Below, piece by piece: positions 47,208-60,289 of a stretch of DNA of 64,000 bases. The stretch covers positions 15,500,001-15,564,000 of the forward strand of contig CM060734.1 of assembly GCA_030704615.1 (NCBI GenBank), in the 5' to 3' direction. The DNA is from Takakia lepidozioides (Eukaryota > Plantae > Bryophyta). Numbering within the stretch: position 1 is the first letter of the stretch; every line of letters begins with the position of its first letter. The notes beneath the pieces are model-generated. The model saw only the letters and a program-made list of their open reading frames with translations. It searched no databases and had not been told where the DNA came from. The position numbers and the translations under genes were made by a program.

Positions 47208-50200
47208 TCAGAATGTTTGTACCTTCACAGTAGCAGTGTTGTATGGTTGTTGTCCGAAAACAGGCTGAGACTCCAAAAACTTGGGAATACTGGCAGCTTT
47301 CGATGCCTTCCACAAGAAAGGCCACAACACCTCTGTTAGATACTCATCAGTTGGTGAATCTGGTTGCACCTTCCATGGCTTTGGAAAAATCCCACTGAAG
47401 GGAGGATGGTTTGCCGCCTTTCTTGGTGTGTCGTCAACAAGAACAGTGTCCTCATAAGTCCATTCTGGCCAGTCTGCCCACACTGTAGACAAGTTCTTGA
47501 AATATAATGGCTTTGAATCAGACCCCTTACGGCATGGGAGGACTGGATCCTCGTCACAGTGAAGGGCATCCCACTGGAAACCAGGTTAGTGTGGGCTGCA
47601 AAAATATAATCCACCATTGGGAAGAAGTTGCAAGCTTGGCAACAAGACCACACCGCCACCTCAAAGTGTTCAAAACACTTTTGCAAAAAGTCATAACAGC
47701 GTGGTCTCAAAACTACCATCTTCTTGCCACACATCTTCCCCACAAAACCTTTGGGAAGGGATGCAGGCCCATTAGCAGAATGAAAAGATTCACATAACAG
47801 ACCATTTAAGTCCAGAATTAGTAAATGCTTCCTCGTTGGTCCGGGAAGTAAATTGACATTTGGCTTCAACATGTGAGCAGGAGAAATTAAAGCAACTTGC
47901 TTGTTTGTTTTGTCCCCGTCTGCATCTTCCTCCCCATCTAAACTCCCACATACCTGCATACCAGAATCCGGTGTGCCCGGCCGCTCTGTCACCATTGCCC
48001 CCTGGACTGCTACTGCCTTTGTACGTGGCAAGGGCTGAATTTCCACGTGTACCTCACAGCTGGCCTTCCCTGTATCCTGCTGCTGCTCGGTCAATTCAAA
48101 AGATCATCAGTGACAGGAAGACATAAGGGCTTAGAGTGAGCACCAGTTACCGTCTGAAATTGGGATTCCAAACATTTTGATACTGTCACAGCAGACGTAT
48201 CCATCGTAGATGTCACTGGTCCTGCGCCTGGTAGATTAATCCCCAATCTGGTCACAATGGCTTTCTGGTACTCAATCATACTCTGCATCTGTAATTTTAA
48301 TTCTGCCATGTCACGTCCTTGTGATTCCACCAGTTTGTCCAAGCCATCCATCCTGCCAACTACTGTAGAATATGCGAGGCTTCCCTCCTGCCAATCCATG
48401 AAAACTTGCCCAAGTATGAATCAAACCCAAAAAACCTAGCATGAACAACCATTGGAAAGAAAACCCAGGCCAAAAGCCGTGAAAAAAACCCTAGCAACCT
48501 ATGATGCAGCAACCACTCTAGCAAACGTGGAAAACACACTTACCCGCCCGTCACTCCTAGCTGACAACCGTGACACTGAACCCTCTTGAATTTCATATAA
48601 TGTAGGAGGGCACCCTGATAGTGTTTCCTACAAATTAATCCATGCCACAAACAAATTCATGCCACAAGTCAGTAAGCAATGTGAGGGCTGACTATATACA
48701 CATAACAATTCAATGAGGAACAAAATACAGAGTCGTGATGATGCCACTTACCAAGCGTGCTTCCACCATTGCCTTCCCACCACGGCCAGTCTTGGTAGGA
48801 TTCAGAATTGCACCATTTGCCTTCTTCATGTTGCCCGACACTTTGTGGAACACCTCTGTCTGCCAGTAACTTACAAGCTTGTTCCATACCTCGTCAGATA
48901 CAGTAATGGGTTCCCCTTACCACCCAACCACGCAGTGTGTGCTTCATAACGCTGGCTCTTCATTATTCTGCCAATTGTTTGTTTTAGGTGGAAGTCTTTT
49001 AACTCGTGCGGCGTATATGAAAATAGCTTAGCCAGGTGATCTCTGATTTCGTATACAACTTCATCAGGTTGGTTGTTGATGGCAAGGGAACAATCTAGCT
49101 TGCGATAAGCCTGTCCTTTAAGGGCAGCGTGCCATACATTCCGGGTCTGACCATACGGGGCTCCTTTGAGGTTCGTCAAAATCACCGTGGGAGGAAGACC
49201 TGCAGCTATTCTCTCTTCCTTGACCTTGGCAGCTTCAATTTTGGCTGAGCTATTAGCCCTCCTTAAAGCATTGGTTCTATCATTCTTTGAAATGGCACCC
49301 TCCCCTCCTTCAGAGACCTCCGTGCGCTCAGGAGAATTCAAAGCAGGATCCTGCCAAGTAGGGACTGGTGGCCATGGTTGTTGGCCAGAAGGCCGAGGAC
49401 CATACTGGCCATACTGTCCATAAGCAGGAGGATATTCCAGTGGCCTGCCACCCCCATAGCTATTAGGGGGTGGCAAATATGGTGGAGGAGGATACTGGCC
49501 ATACTGCCCATATGGAGGAGCACCATATTGACCCTGACCATACTGAGTGCCAGACTGTGGGTACTGAGGCATACCATAATAAGGTGGGGGTACTGGTGGC
49601 ACAGAACCCACAACGTTGGGAGAGTTAGGGCCACCTCCTGCGTTCTTGTGGGCGCCATCTCCATTGCTAGCAGCAGGGATCGTGGATCCAGTGCGCTTGT
49701 GCTTGCCCTGAAAAGAAATTCCCCCAGTACAATGTGGGTGATTACACATACATATAGGCAGCAAACAACAAATCCTTGAATTCAGGCAAAACAAACTAGA
49801 AGCACATATCATTTGTAAAGACAAGATTACCCAAAACTCAGTATGATCTTGGGCAGTAAATCTCCCAAATTTGATTGGCCCCAATGATGTCCTCCCAGTA
49901 CATTTTTGAGCCCTCTTAGGTATGGGGTGTTCCTGAAATCCATAGCAAGAATTCAAATGGACAAACCTGATGGGTCCATGAGAAGTATCCCTCCAAGTTT
50001 TACTGATATTCTGGGTGCATAAGTAACCCAAGTATCTCTATAAGTAGCCATTGTAGCTTAGTACCAGGACGTTGGTTTCATGGGGCAAAGAATTTGAACA
50101 CACTTGAAGTCTACATTGGCCTGACATCATGCCTTTGGCACTTCAACTTGTCTAGTGGAAATCATTTGTGATTGTGCCTTGGCTGAGCCCTGCATTGTCC

Positions 50201-50666
50201 AACTTCCCTGTCTTGACAGACATACCCTATCTCTTTGTGATTTTACCAAAAACATACATAATTAGAATCATGGTCATTGTGAAGAACTAAAACTCACAGA
50301 CGGAGAAGGTGTTCGTAGTGTAGATGATGGGCGTTTTTGTCCTGCGACATGAGCATGGGCATGTTCTCCTCGGCTTGCCGTGGCATCCGCCGACGACGCA
50401 CTCGCCTCGCACTGGCGTGGGAGGAGTGGATCGTCCTCATCGTCCTCAGAAGAGCCCTCATGCAGAATCGTAGTCTTCATCGTCTTCAGTCTGGCACTTT
50501 GCCTTGCAGGACCTTGATCCCTACCTTTTTCCTTCGGAGCGCGTGGCTTGCGAGGGCGATTCGCTCCCGCAAGCCTGCACAAACACCTCCATGACCTCCC
50601 TCTCAAACAATCACAAACAAATGTAAGCATACATACCCTAATATTCTTAAGCTTATGCTGAACCAC
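47208..50666 (-). pseudogene. Multi-exon TE-associated gene with P/Y/G/Q-rich region, coiled coil and C-terminal FCP1/NIF (HAD) phosphatase-like domain; frameshifted
   Basis: KHLLILDLNGLL, LRPRCYDFLQKCFEHFEVAVWS, TVLVDDTPRKA at 47208-47830 with a frameshift near 47570. Upstream ORF pieces 48091, 48871, 50274 on the same strand. Linking them into one gene is inference. Confidence 0.65.
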
Positions 50667-51153
50667 AGCCGCACCCTATCAGGACGTAATGCCTGCCCAC
50701 GAATGACGGCGGACATCTCCCGCCTAATGACACACCCTCCTCAAACCTAATCGTCACTCACTGCATGTTGTTTGCCTCTCTGTTTGTACAAGTCGCAGCT
50801 ACTCGCCCCCATTTGTGCTATGAAGCTTATGATTGCTGTAGGAAGGTTAGCGGATAAGGCAAATCGCAAGTTTAGTGGGTGGGTATCCAAAGTCAGGAAC
50901 TAAACTCACCCATCTATCGACTGCTTGAATGTTGCTTCCACCTCCTTTATGGCAGCAATCCGGCGCTCTCGGAACTTCTCGTACTCAGTGAGAGGGACTG
51001 TCACTTCGAAGACCTTCCGCTTCACCATGGACACTCAGAAACGATACTTATAGTATACTATAGATATAGAAATAGCACATTGGCAGCTGGTGCAAAACTA
51101 GAGACAATGCACTGTGCGTAGCATGCAAAGAGGGAAGGGGTGACGTTCAAAGC

Positions 51154-52580
51154 ATGTACAGTGCAGGTGGCGAACGGATGCGTAGGCGTAGAATAGATGA
51201 CCGTCTATGGCGAATGGAAGAAGCTTATGCCACAAGGAATGGGCATACAAAAATGCTATGCAACTACGATGAATGTCATGGAGGAAAAGTACTCTTGTTG
51301 GAAACAGTGAGGAATCATTACATGATACACGGGAGGGATCCTCTTCTCCAACGTTGTTCTCTTCCGGTAAGATCGCCACTTTCCCTTCAACACTTTAGTT
51401 TGAATTTTGAATGCAACGATCCTCTTCTCCACATGTCGACATTTCGTTGGGTGATTGTAGTCAAGAAGTCATAAGATACAGACGTGAGTATGACTACGCC
51501 ACTTCCGTTATCACTTTAATTAATGCACATGTCGTGTTTTCATTGGTCATGTGTAGTCATGTAGTCATATATGACTAAGTAAGCGACTGCAACTATGACC
51601 TCAATGGTTACAAATGTCGTGTTTTGATTGGGTGTATATTCATAAGATACATACGTAAATATGACTGCATCACTGCAACGTCACCGTGCCTCCTATGTCA
51701 TAATATGAACAAGTGTCACATCGTTGTTGGTCCACTCACAAGATGACTATTGGGATGCAGGGATGTGAATATTCAGATGATGAAGACGAAGGCCCTGCGG
51801 CACAGCGGGAGCCCAATGTCACAGAGAACGCAGATGAGAGTGATGGATTGGAGGTAGAAATGCAACGTGCATTGCAGGAAGCGTTTCTCTTTGCAGATGC
51901 AAACAGAGAGGACCCCATTCATGGTGGAACCGATCACACATTTGCCGATCATGACGATGATCTCGTCGATTCCGGAGACAATGAATTTGATGAGAATGCT
52001 CACCTGCACGTTGATCCCGAGTATGATCAACTCTTCCGAGCGTCGCAATGTCCACTTTTTGAAGGGTGCTCCATCAGCCGGCTGCAAGCAACTTTGACGT
52101 TGCTGAACGCATGCACTACCCACAAGTGCACCAATGCATTTGTGGATGAGCTTCTGGGATTGTTGCGTAAGAGTTTTTTTGCCTAGAGAGAATTCATTGC
52201 CGAAAACTCACTATGAAGCAAAAACCATGATTGCCAAGATGGGATTGCAGTACACGATGATTCATGCCTGTGAGCGTGGTTGTGTACTCTTCCGTGGGGA
52301 GTATGAGAATGTAGACATTTGCCCAGTGTGCCGCAGTTCCCGTTACATTCCAGGTCGTGGAAGTGTGCCCAAGAAAGTATTGCGACACTTCCCTGTCATT
52401 CCACGGTTGAAACGTATGTACCGATGTAAATCGATCGCTAACCTCATGACATGGCACGACAGACATAAGAGCCAGGATGGGTTGGTTCGACATCCAGCTG
52501 ATAGCAAAGCATGGAGACACATTGACACCACATTTGCGGATTTTGCTGCAGAGCCACGATCTCTGCGATTTGGATTGGCC
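51154..52580 (+). mobile_element. CACTA/EnSpm TnpD-type transposase, 5' part, frameshifted and truncated
   Basis: ETVRNHYMIHGRDP (transposase-associated domain); LPKTHYEAK..IHACERGCVLFRGEY..CPVC..RHFPVIPRLKRMY..RHPADSKAWRHID..FAAEPRSLRFGLA. Confidence 0.92.
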
Positions 52581-52584
52581 TTAA

Positions 52585-54963
52585 GAGCGTGGTGGACGCC
52601 ATGGCTATGAGCTGTGCAAACGTAATGTTTGCTTGAATATGGCAAAGATCCTCCATTAAATTGTACGGTTCCAGCTCGTCTGTGAACCGCATCGTTGAAT
52701 GCATCCTCCTCCGGGGAAGCTTTTCTGGAGCCGCCGGCCGATTCGCCGGACTCTTCGCTCTTGATACAGGGGGTCGAGAAATGGTTGGTCGGACAATTGG
52801 AGGTTCCGCTTCTGTGAATGCTACCTCCTTTTCTTTGGGATGGATGTCTTCCTCCTCCCGAAGCACAATCTCTGCCACCTTTCGTGCATCTGACTTCATT
52901 ACTGTGAAGTTCAGATCCTCCCGTTCCGATGTGGATGTGGCTGACTCCGACGCCTCATACCCAGGGCCTTTCCCTAGCGTATCTCATTGATGTTGGGTCA
53001 TCACTGCGTAGCTACCTTTTTCGGGGCTAGCTGTCGCTGTTGGAGTGGCCTCCGGCTCACTCGCAATCCAATTTACTTGGTGTTGCGTCTCCTGAAGGTG
53101 CGTTGTATGATTGGGTTGTACGTTGGTCTGCTGTTGTTGAGGCGGCGCCGAGGTAGACGATTGATGTCCTCCCTACACCCTTACATCCCGAGGGGGAGAC
53201 CACGTGTTAGAAGAACCCTGGGCTATCTGAGCCGCAGGATTTGAATAAACTGCTCGGGCAGCCTATCCCTGAGCGGCATTGCCCCCTAAGTATGATGGAC
53301 CTGCCTGATCCGGCCTAGGTCGTTGTGCTATTTGCGTTGGGGTAGCAAAATACATGCTATGCTGTTGCGGTAGAGGGTTGGGTGGTTCAGTCACATACTG
53401 ATCCGGAAATGGGGCTCGTTGCCCTTCCAAATTCCTCTCTACTTGCTGGATGGTGGCAGGGGCCGGTCGGTCCACCTGCCTCCGGGAACATCTCTCCAAG
53501 GGATGGCCTCTTTGGCCGCAATGCACTATATCACTCCAACAGTCTTATGTTGGGTGTGTGGTTCTGCCACATTTTTGACAACCTTTCCTGGATTGACTGA
53601 ATTGTCGTTTTGATCTATCCTGATAAGTCGGGTTTTGGCTTACCTGCCTCTCCCGGGTGGGATAAGGACAATGTTGAGCAGCATGCCCAGGACCGTCGCA
53701 GTTGGAGCACCATACCTTTATCGGGTTGGGGCCGGATTCTCCTACTGGAGCAGCATCTTGATACCCCACGTAGCTGGTGATTTGCTAACCGATGGAGCTC
53801 ATGCGATCGCCCATTGTTTTGATGGTTTTGATGAGAGAGGTGACTTGCGCCTCCAAATGGCCCACCCGTGAATCAGACTGCCTAGTGGAATCTGCATACG
53901 AGTTAGTAGGGGCAACATTTGCATACTATGGCACGGTTGGTGCTACTGCTAGTGTAGGGGACGTTGCCGGGGCGTATGGCCGTGCTCCTCCTACATATGA
54001 CGGCGTATAGTGTAGAGCGGGTTGAATCACCGCTAATGGCGTCGGCTCCTGCGTGGGCTCAATCGTAATGTATGATGGAAGTGCAAAGTCGGGCATCTTG
54101 GCCCGTTGTACCTGGCGATGCATATTGTCAAACTCCTTGCTGACTTGTATGGCATCTACCAGTGTTGCAGGTCTTTGCTGCAAAACATGAAAGTGAGTGG
54201 TCTCTCGTAATCCACTCAGATCCTTCAGTACCCCATCATCTAGGGGAGTTAAAGGGTTTTGGAGTCGCATCAACTCCCGAAATCGCATTTCAAAGTCCGC
54301 CACCTCCTTTGTGGGGCCTTGGCGGATCCTGGCCAATGCCATCAAGACACTGGTGAACTGGTGGACCGCTCGAAAATGATATAAAAATGCGTCCCGAATC
54401 TGCTGCCAAGTGACGAATGTACCTGGAGCCTGTTGCCAGTACCAAGTGGACGCCCTACCCCTCATGGTCGTGGGAAACCATATCAACCAATAGGCATCAT
54501 TTAACGCTTGGTTAGTATAGCAACACTGAATAAAGCTTTTCACATGATACTCTGGGTTTTCATGTGCTTCCCCGGAAAACCAAGGCAAATGCCTGGGCAA
54601 CGTTAACGGGGGCAGGCCTGCTGGGACCACAATAGGTACCTCAGGAGGTCCTGGAACATGTGCCATAACTGACACTAACGACGGCGAAGGGCTCCTTGAC
54701 CTGGCCGGTGGTGTATAAGGGGGACTAGATATAGGGGAAACCACTCGTGAATACTCGATCTCTGAAGAGCTGTCAGTGTTCTCTCCTTCCCACTCTATCC
54801 TACCCAAACTTCTAGTTTCTGAGTCTGATTGTGGACTCAATGCTGGGTGTTTCCCTAGCAGTTGATCTCTGACGGCTTCTCGAGCCAGTCTCCTTTGCAA
54901 CCTAGTATCAAAGGATATGCTATCCAAGCTTGGGAGTGTGGCTCTTGATCTTGAGCTAGACAT
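52585..54963 (-). mobile_element. gag region of a second, non-chromovirus-like Ty3/gypsy element, decayed and truncated before the protease
   Basis: LPWFSGEAHENPEYHV..FPTTMRGRASTWY..TWQQIRDAFLYHF; zinc knuckles CSNCDGPGHAAQHC and HCGQRGHPLERC; YNLMEDL..ANITFAQL. Confidence 0.85.
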
Positions 54964-54967
54964 ACAC

Positions 54968-55528
54968 TCACTGTTTTACTGATGAGGATTCTCCTACCTC
55001 AGCCTGTACTAAAGGACCTATATTACCTTGAACAACCATGTCAAGAATAAACAAGGTCAGATTTAAATACCTTCCATGGAACCTTGGCGATGGAGGCACG
55101 TCAGTGTGCAATTTCCCGTGAACTACCCAGTCTTCAGGTGGTCGGGGCACGTTGCAGTACCTACACTCATCCAACCTGCGCACATAATGGGACGCCAAGA
55201 GCTGACATACATGGCAATGAGTGAAGAAGTCTACCTGCCACCGTAGATGTGCCACAAAAGAAGATCTGGGGTGCAATGCTCCTAGATAAATTCCAGGGCA
55301 TGAACAATACGGCCAGTTGAGCCTATCCTTGCACCAGTAGAAATGCTCCGGTGCATTTGCTTCCGAGAGTCGCTCACACCAAACCCTTTCGTTAATCCAC
55401 CCCTTCTTGATGGATTTCCGTTGAGCTAATCGCTCGATGTAAGCTTCTATGATAAGTCGAATCTCTGGCTCATGTTGCCAAAATCTGCTGCGAATCCTTT
55501 TGACCCTAGCTTCAAAAATCATACCCAC
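54968..55528 (-). CDS. Unknown extra ORF upstream of gag (paralog A)
   Basis: Intact 186-aa ORF sharing WPxCxxP..LGxL..SSxxAHLxWQV..CxxC with 55853-56590. Confidence 0.7.
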   Translation of the reverse strand: MGMIFEARVKRIRSRFWQHEPEIRLIIEAYIERLAQRKSIKKGWINERVWCERLSEANAPEHFYWCKDRLNWPYCSCPGIYLGALHPRSSFVAHLRWQVDFFTHCHVCQLLASHYVRRLDECRYCNVPRPPEDWVVHGKLHTDVPPSPRFHGRYLNLTLFILDMVVQGNIGPLVQAEVGESSSVKQ

Positions 55529-55852
55529 CTTAGAAGTTCATGTAGAAAAGATTTTGATCACTGCAGGACACTTTGTGGATGACACTGGTAAATTTCAAAG
55601 CATTACATTGCTTGGGCCGATTGGCAGACATGAAAAAAAATAAAGCATACTTTGTAGCTGCGAGATCTCTACCGATCTTCGAAGGCAGGTTACCTAGACT
55701 GTTGCTGCCTCTTCCTCGTCTATTTCCACTAGTGACTCTGGTACTGAGGTACAAGGAGAGCTGCTAACCGAGGAAATAACATGCACTAACTTTAATGGAA
55801 TGAGAGGAAGGAAACTTGTGGGAATTTCCCGTGCAAAGTAAAATGGCGGCGG

Positions 55853-56590
55853 TCATGCTGGATCCGCAATGACTCCTTTGGGAGCCGCTAAAGGATGTCC
55901 TTCAATCCAAGTGATGTCGTGTATGGTGGGCGCCACGTCCAACTGTCCGTTGGTGATCAACTCGATGATTAGTGCTGCCTCACTCTCACTGCGACTACTG
56001 TAAAATCTGGGTGGACAAATGTAGGTGATAGTTGTGTTCGGGTGAGGTAGGCGTTCCTCTACCTCCAGATAATCTTCTAACCCACACCCAAACATCCAAC
56101 ACATCCAGTCAAATGGAAGATCAATAAAGCTCTTTTTGCTCAAAAAGGAGGTGGCCTCCCCAGACCTCCGAATAGTGGGAAGAGGACGATGGAAATTGAT
56201 GCCTTCGTCCGCGATGGTGCAACACAAGGGACAACACCCTAAATACGCCACTTGCCAGGCGAGATGTGCCTCTAACGAGGATTGCACATTGAGATTCCCT
56301 AAGAAGGGGGGTTGGCAGCACCCAGGCCAACGTGTATTAAACCTGAAAAAGGAAGAGATGGGGGCAGTGAGAGCCTTGTCCCCCAATGGCCCAACTTTGG
56401 CCGAGATCCAGTACCCTCGGTACTCTTCGGCGATGTCCAGTATGCGGCCGCGCATTAACCTGCAAACTACGATTGCATCTTCGGTTCGCACTTCGCCGGA
56501 TCGGGTGCCGGAAATAACACGGTAAAGACCCACCACGCGTGCCTCAAAAGACAAGTAAAAACGATGGGCTTCCATATGATCGGTGGCCAT
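55853..56590 (-). CDS. Unknown extra ORF upstream of gag (paralog B)
   Basis: Intact ATG-initiated 245-aa ORF between the PBS and gag, paralogous to 54968-55528. Confidence 0.72.
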   Translation of the reverse strand: MATDHMEAHRFYLSFEARVVGLYRVISGTRSGEVRTEDAIVVCRLMRGRILDIAEEYRGYWISAKVGPLGDKALTAPISSFFRFNTRWPGCCQPPFLGNLNVQSSLEAHLAWQVAYLGCCPLCCTIADEGINFHRPLPTIRRSGEATSFLSKKSFIDLPFDWMCWMFGCGLEDYLEVEERLPHPNTTITYICPPRFYSSRSESEAALIIELITNGQLDVAPTIHDITWIEGHPLAAPKGVIADPA

Positions 56591-56817
56591 ACTGCAACTT
56601 CATGATTGCCATGGCATTAGTAATTTCAATGAACACTGATCCAAACACCCTCATGCAAGAGCTTCTAACCTTCATGTGCATGGGGTTCCTCAATCTCCAC
56701 CTGATGGAGTAAGATCATGAATAAACAGTAAAGTATTGCATAGAAACAAATCAGGACGAGAACACATATTGTGAGTCCGTCCATAACAATTTGGAGAAAT
56801 CCTGACTATTCTCTTAC

Positions 56818-56835
56818 CTCCCGGCAGACGCACCA
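56818..56835 (-). promoter_or_regulatory. Primer binding site complementary to tRNA-Gly(UCC)
   Basis: Plus strand reads CTCCCGGCAGACGCACCA, which I recognise as the 3' 18 nt (including CCA) of plant cytosolic tRNA-Gly(UCC). Oriented toward gag. Confidence 0.8.
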
Positions 56836-56841
56836 TTCATA

Positions 56842-59300
56842 TGACGAGCCTTGAGCGCGCGCGGTCAGGGTGACGGCATAGTAGTCTAGAGGGGCCGAGG
56901 TAAGTTGCGGTGTAGGTTGGGCTCACTGAACCGCCTACCCGACTGCGGTTAGTGCAGGGGGTCCGTGGTCGTACATGGTGGCTATGATCACTATCTAAGT
57001 CCTACCGGCAAAGAGAAATCACGTACTCCTCTTCACAGGGCGAGTTTGCGTTTCTAAGTCCTACGGTATCCTATAATCTACTTAGTAATTGTCTTCCAAG
57101 ACGTTGTGTTTTATTGTCTAATTCCTACCGCCTAGGCCCCCGAGCCGCCTATAGCCGGGACATGTTTTAATCCCTTCACAAGGCACCTGCCGAGCCTAGG
57201 GAGGAGAGGGAAAATCATCCTCTCCCACTGCCCCTCCTTCGCCGAGGGCTTGAGTTCAAGTCACCTCTAAGTGGAAGGGCCAACGCTTCCTACCCCAGTG
57301 CCTAAATACTTTGTTATAGCAACGGAGTGGCCAAAATGCCTATCGTCATCCAATAGGTTCACTCAATTCAATAAGGTGGTTCTAAGCCCCTCAACACAAC
57401 AAGTTCAATCAATTTAATCAGCGCCCTGCAGGCTATAACGAGCACCACGTGCATCTATCATATTTAAGCAATTTCGCAAATCAGAAATGCTGGAAAATAA
57501 AAGAAATTAAGAAAATCAGAAAAAATACCTCCCCTATGGGAAATCATGTGGGGAATCCAAAGATACCCTTGGTGCCTAAAGATGCCCTTGAGAACCCTAT
57601 GGGAACCCAATGAGAACCGAGGACCACCCGGGAACCGTTCCCTGCCGCGGGGAACTGACGCGGCCCTATCGGATGAATGAATCTCGTTGTGAGCTCATCC
57701 CTGCCACTACATTTGTTAGTCCAGAACATGCATGCGTAAATAATAAAATAACCACTGGTGGGTCCAAGCCAGATTTCACCCCCCTTACATTATTTTAAGG
57801 CGCTGGTGCGCTTTCCCTCCGTGGAAAAAGTCATCCTCTACCTTGGGCTCTGACACAAAGGCTCACTGTAGCCGAGTTTTTAGGACAGAGTACTTTCTCT
57901 CCTCCCTTGTCTCTCGAGGTCTCTACCTCTAGCTCACTGCCCTCAGGCCCGCTTGGTTCCCTCTTGGAGTCCTAAGAGCGCTCCCCTCCAAGGCTACGTC
58001 CTCCCAAAATCCTAGATTTAATCTACCATTGGCTCCTTAGATAATGGCTTCTAACCCTTAGAGGGGTATAAATTGAATCTAATAGCTAAAGGTAAGAATA
58101 CCCCCCTTTAAGGGAATTTGCAGACGCATTGTCCGCTGGGTAAAACGCCCCCGCCATGTGGCGGGGTGTAGATCCGCGCGTAGCGGTCCAAACCGTGGAC
58201 CGCTGCGGTTAACGCCAGCGTCCGCCGGTCCGTCACAACTTTTGGTTATCCAGCAGGTAAAGACCCGCGCCTTGCTCGCACGCTTCAGGGCCTCACGCCT
58301 GAGCCACGCGGCTGATGTACTTGATCTCAGTACGACTTAAGGTCAGCGCTGGGGCCCCGCGCCCGTACGTCGTGGCTGGGCCACAGCTGCCTCCACGCTT
58401 TTAGTAATCGAGTCCCTACTCCCTAGGCGCAGCACCCGGGCTCCTCCTGGGCTGCTCGCGACTTTGGGGCAGCTGTTGTCAAGCGAAATCAGCCCGCCCA
58501 AACCCCAAGACAAAAAATACAAACCACCCTCCCCTAGGCCTCAATGGCTTGCTAGTGGGGGGGGGGGGGGGGAATTAGCACATAGAGGCCTTATAGTAGC
58601 CTTATATCATAGATCCCGCCTACTAGCCTGCCTTTGTCAGAACTGGCTATATTTCAAATTAATCAAATACAAAGATTCATTCTTCCAACAATTCAAATAC
58701 AAGCCTCTATTGGTGCCCTTACCAATAGACTATGGGGGTCTTCCCCTTGTCACTTCTAGACATGAAATAATGGGACTCCACAATGCACTATCCTCTTTTG
58801 AAGAGTCTAAATCAGATTTTTAACTTCAAGCTTTGCTTGGAAAATAAATGAATCACATATACAAATGGTGAAATGGTAAGATGGGATCAACCTTTCTATG
58901 CGAGAGTGCTCGGGATGCTCTATCGACTCAAGTAATGGTATTCTATGCGGCCTTCACTTGGGCTCTCGTCCATAAGTCCATACTAGCCCCTCCTACTCGT
59001 CCTCAAGTCACTTTCCTCCACATGAAATTGCCCTCTTCCTTCACAAATGAAAATGGCTCAAAGGCCCACAAGCTAGGCCACTTGCCTTAGCTTACAAGAA
59101 TCCTACCTAACTAGGGAGCTTCAAGCTCCACTCCCTAGGATCTAGCCCCTCCTCAAGCCAAAAGCTAGCAAGCACTACAACAACAAGCAAGAGGAAACTA
59201 AGCAAATGAGCTAGATGAGAATAAGAGAAGCCTTGCCCCCTCTTTTATACTGTTGTTGTGCCTATTAGTTTAAGGAAAAATATTCATTAAACTATTGTTT
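56842..59300 (-). repeat. Probable 5' LTR region of the Gly-primed gypsy element (outer boundary uncertain)
   Basis: ..GCTCGTCA ends 6 nt before the PBS. A candidate matching TCGTCA lies at 57343-57348, and a TATA-like TATAAAAGAGGGG is on the minus strand at ~59249. Confidence 0.4.
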
Positions 59301-59679
59301 CTTGGGAGGATCTATAATATACTATTCCATATGGATGAAAAGTCTTAGAGGCAAATGAAAGCTGTCTTTTCATCCATCATGTTGGATGACCAGTTGGCGC
59401 GAGTTGTCATTTCATCCATCCAGCTCCTCAAGGCGAATTCCAGGCTTTTTCATCCATCCAAGAAGTAGAAATGCAAATAATAGGCCTTGTGAGTGCCGTC
59501 GACTCAATAATTTGGCCCTGCTGCTAATCAGCTACATAAATCACCAAACTTGATAACAAACTACAATTATATACCTTGTATCAGCCTGTAAATTCTCAGC
59601 TCCATTGGTGGTAAAAAGTTGCGCTTCTCGCCATTCGTCGTATTTGCGCTACACACATATTTTGTGGTATATTTGGAAA

Positions 59680-60084
59680 TCAAATCCCTGGTGATGGCTC
59701 TGGGGTCTTTGACCCTGCCACTGAGTCATAGGTTGTCCGGAGTCCCCTCCAGTTGTCCCGCACCGCTAACAAGTCCACGCTTCGCCATTTGAAGTCGTCC
59801 TGACCTGCTGTCTTCCCGATGCGGCCAATTGCTTTGTTGCGATATTTCATCGCTATACATGTCGCTTCCACCAATTGCCAAGCTCCTCGCGGTGTGTTCC
59901 TACTGGACTTGAAAGGCGGGAGAAAAGAGAGATCGCAATCTGGGACTGGAACAGTCGTCTTGTATTGTTCGAACAGGATTAACTCGCCGTTTCTGGTACC
60001 GAATTGGCAGCCTAATATGCTGTCGATGTAGCTTCCTACGGTCATCTTGACGCCAGAGTTCCTCTCCATGGTCGTCTCAGACAC
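59680..60084 (-). CDS. Hypothetical protein
   Basis: 134-aa ORF of globular composition; no recognised motif. Confidence 0.25.
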   Translation of the reverse strand: MSETTMERNSGVKMTVGSYIDSILGCQFGTRNGELILFEQYKTTVPVPDCDLSFLPPFKSSRNTPRGAWQLVEATCIAMKYRNKAIGRIGKTAGQDDFKWRSVDLLAVRDNWRGLRTTYDSVAGSKTPEPSPGI

Positions 60085-60289
60085 TGTCTAATTTCCTACG
60101 TGCTTTACCAACGATTTCCAGACAACTAACAAACTAACCTGTTTTGGCAATACAATGCCGAAACCGCTTGTCGTATGATAAAAAAACGATCTGAAAAGAA
60201 AAGTGTACCAATATATGCATCTACAGGTGGAGAGGACGTTGTTGAGGGCCGTATGAAAAAACTAGGAAGCTATCGAGCTTTATGAACCA

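Noticed and set aside
56818-56835. tRNA-Gly gene
   Set aside because: Only the 3' 18 nt including CCA are present; this is a primer binding site.
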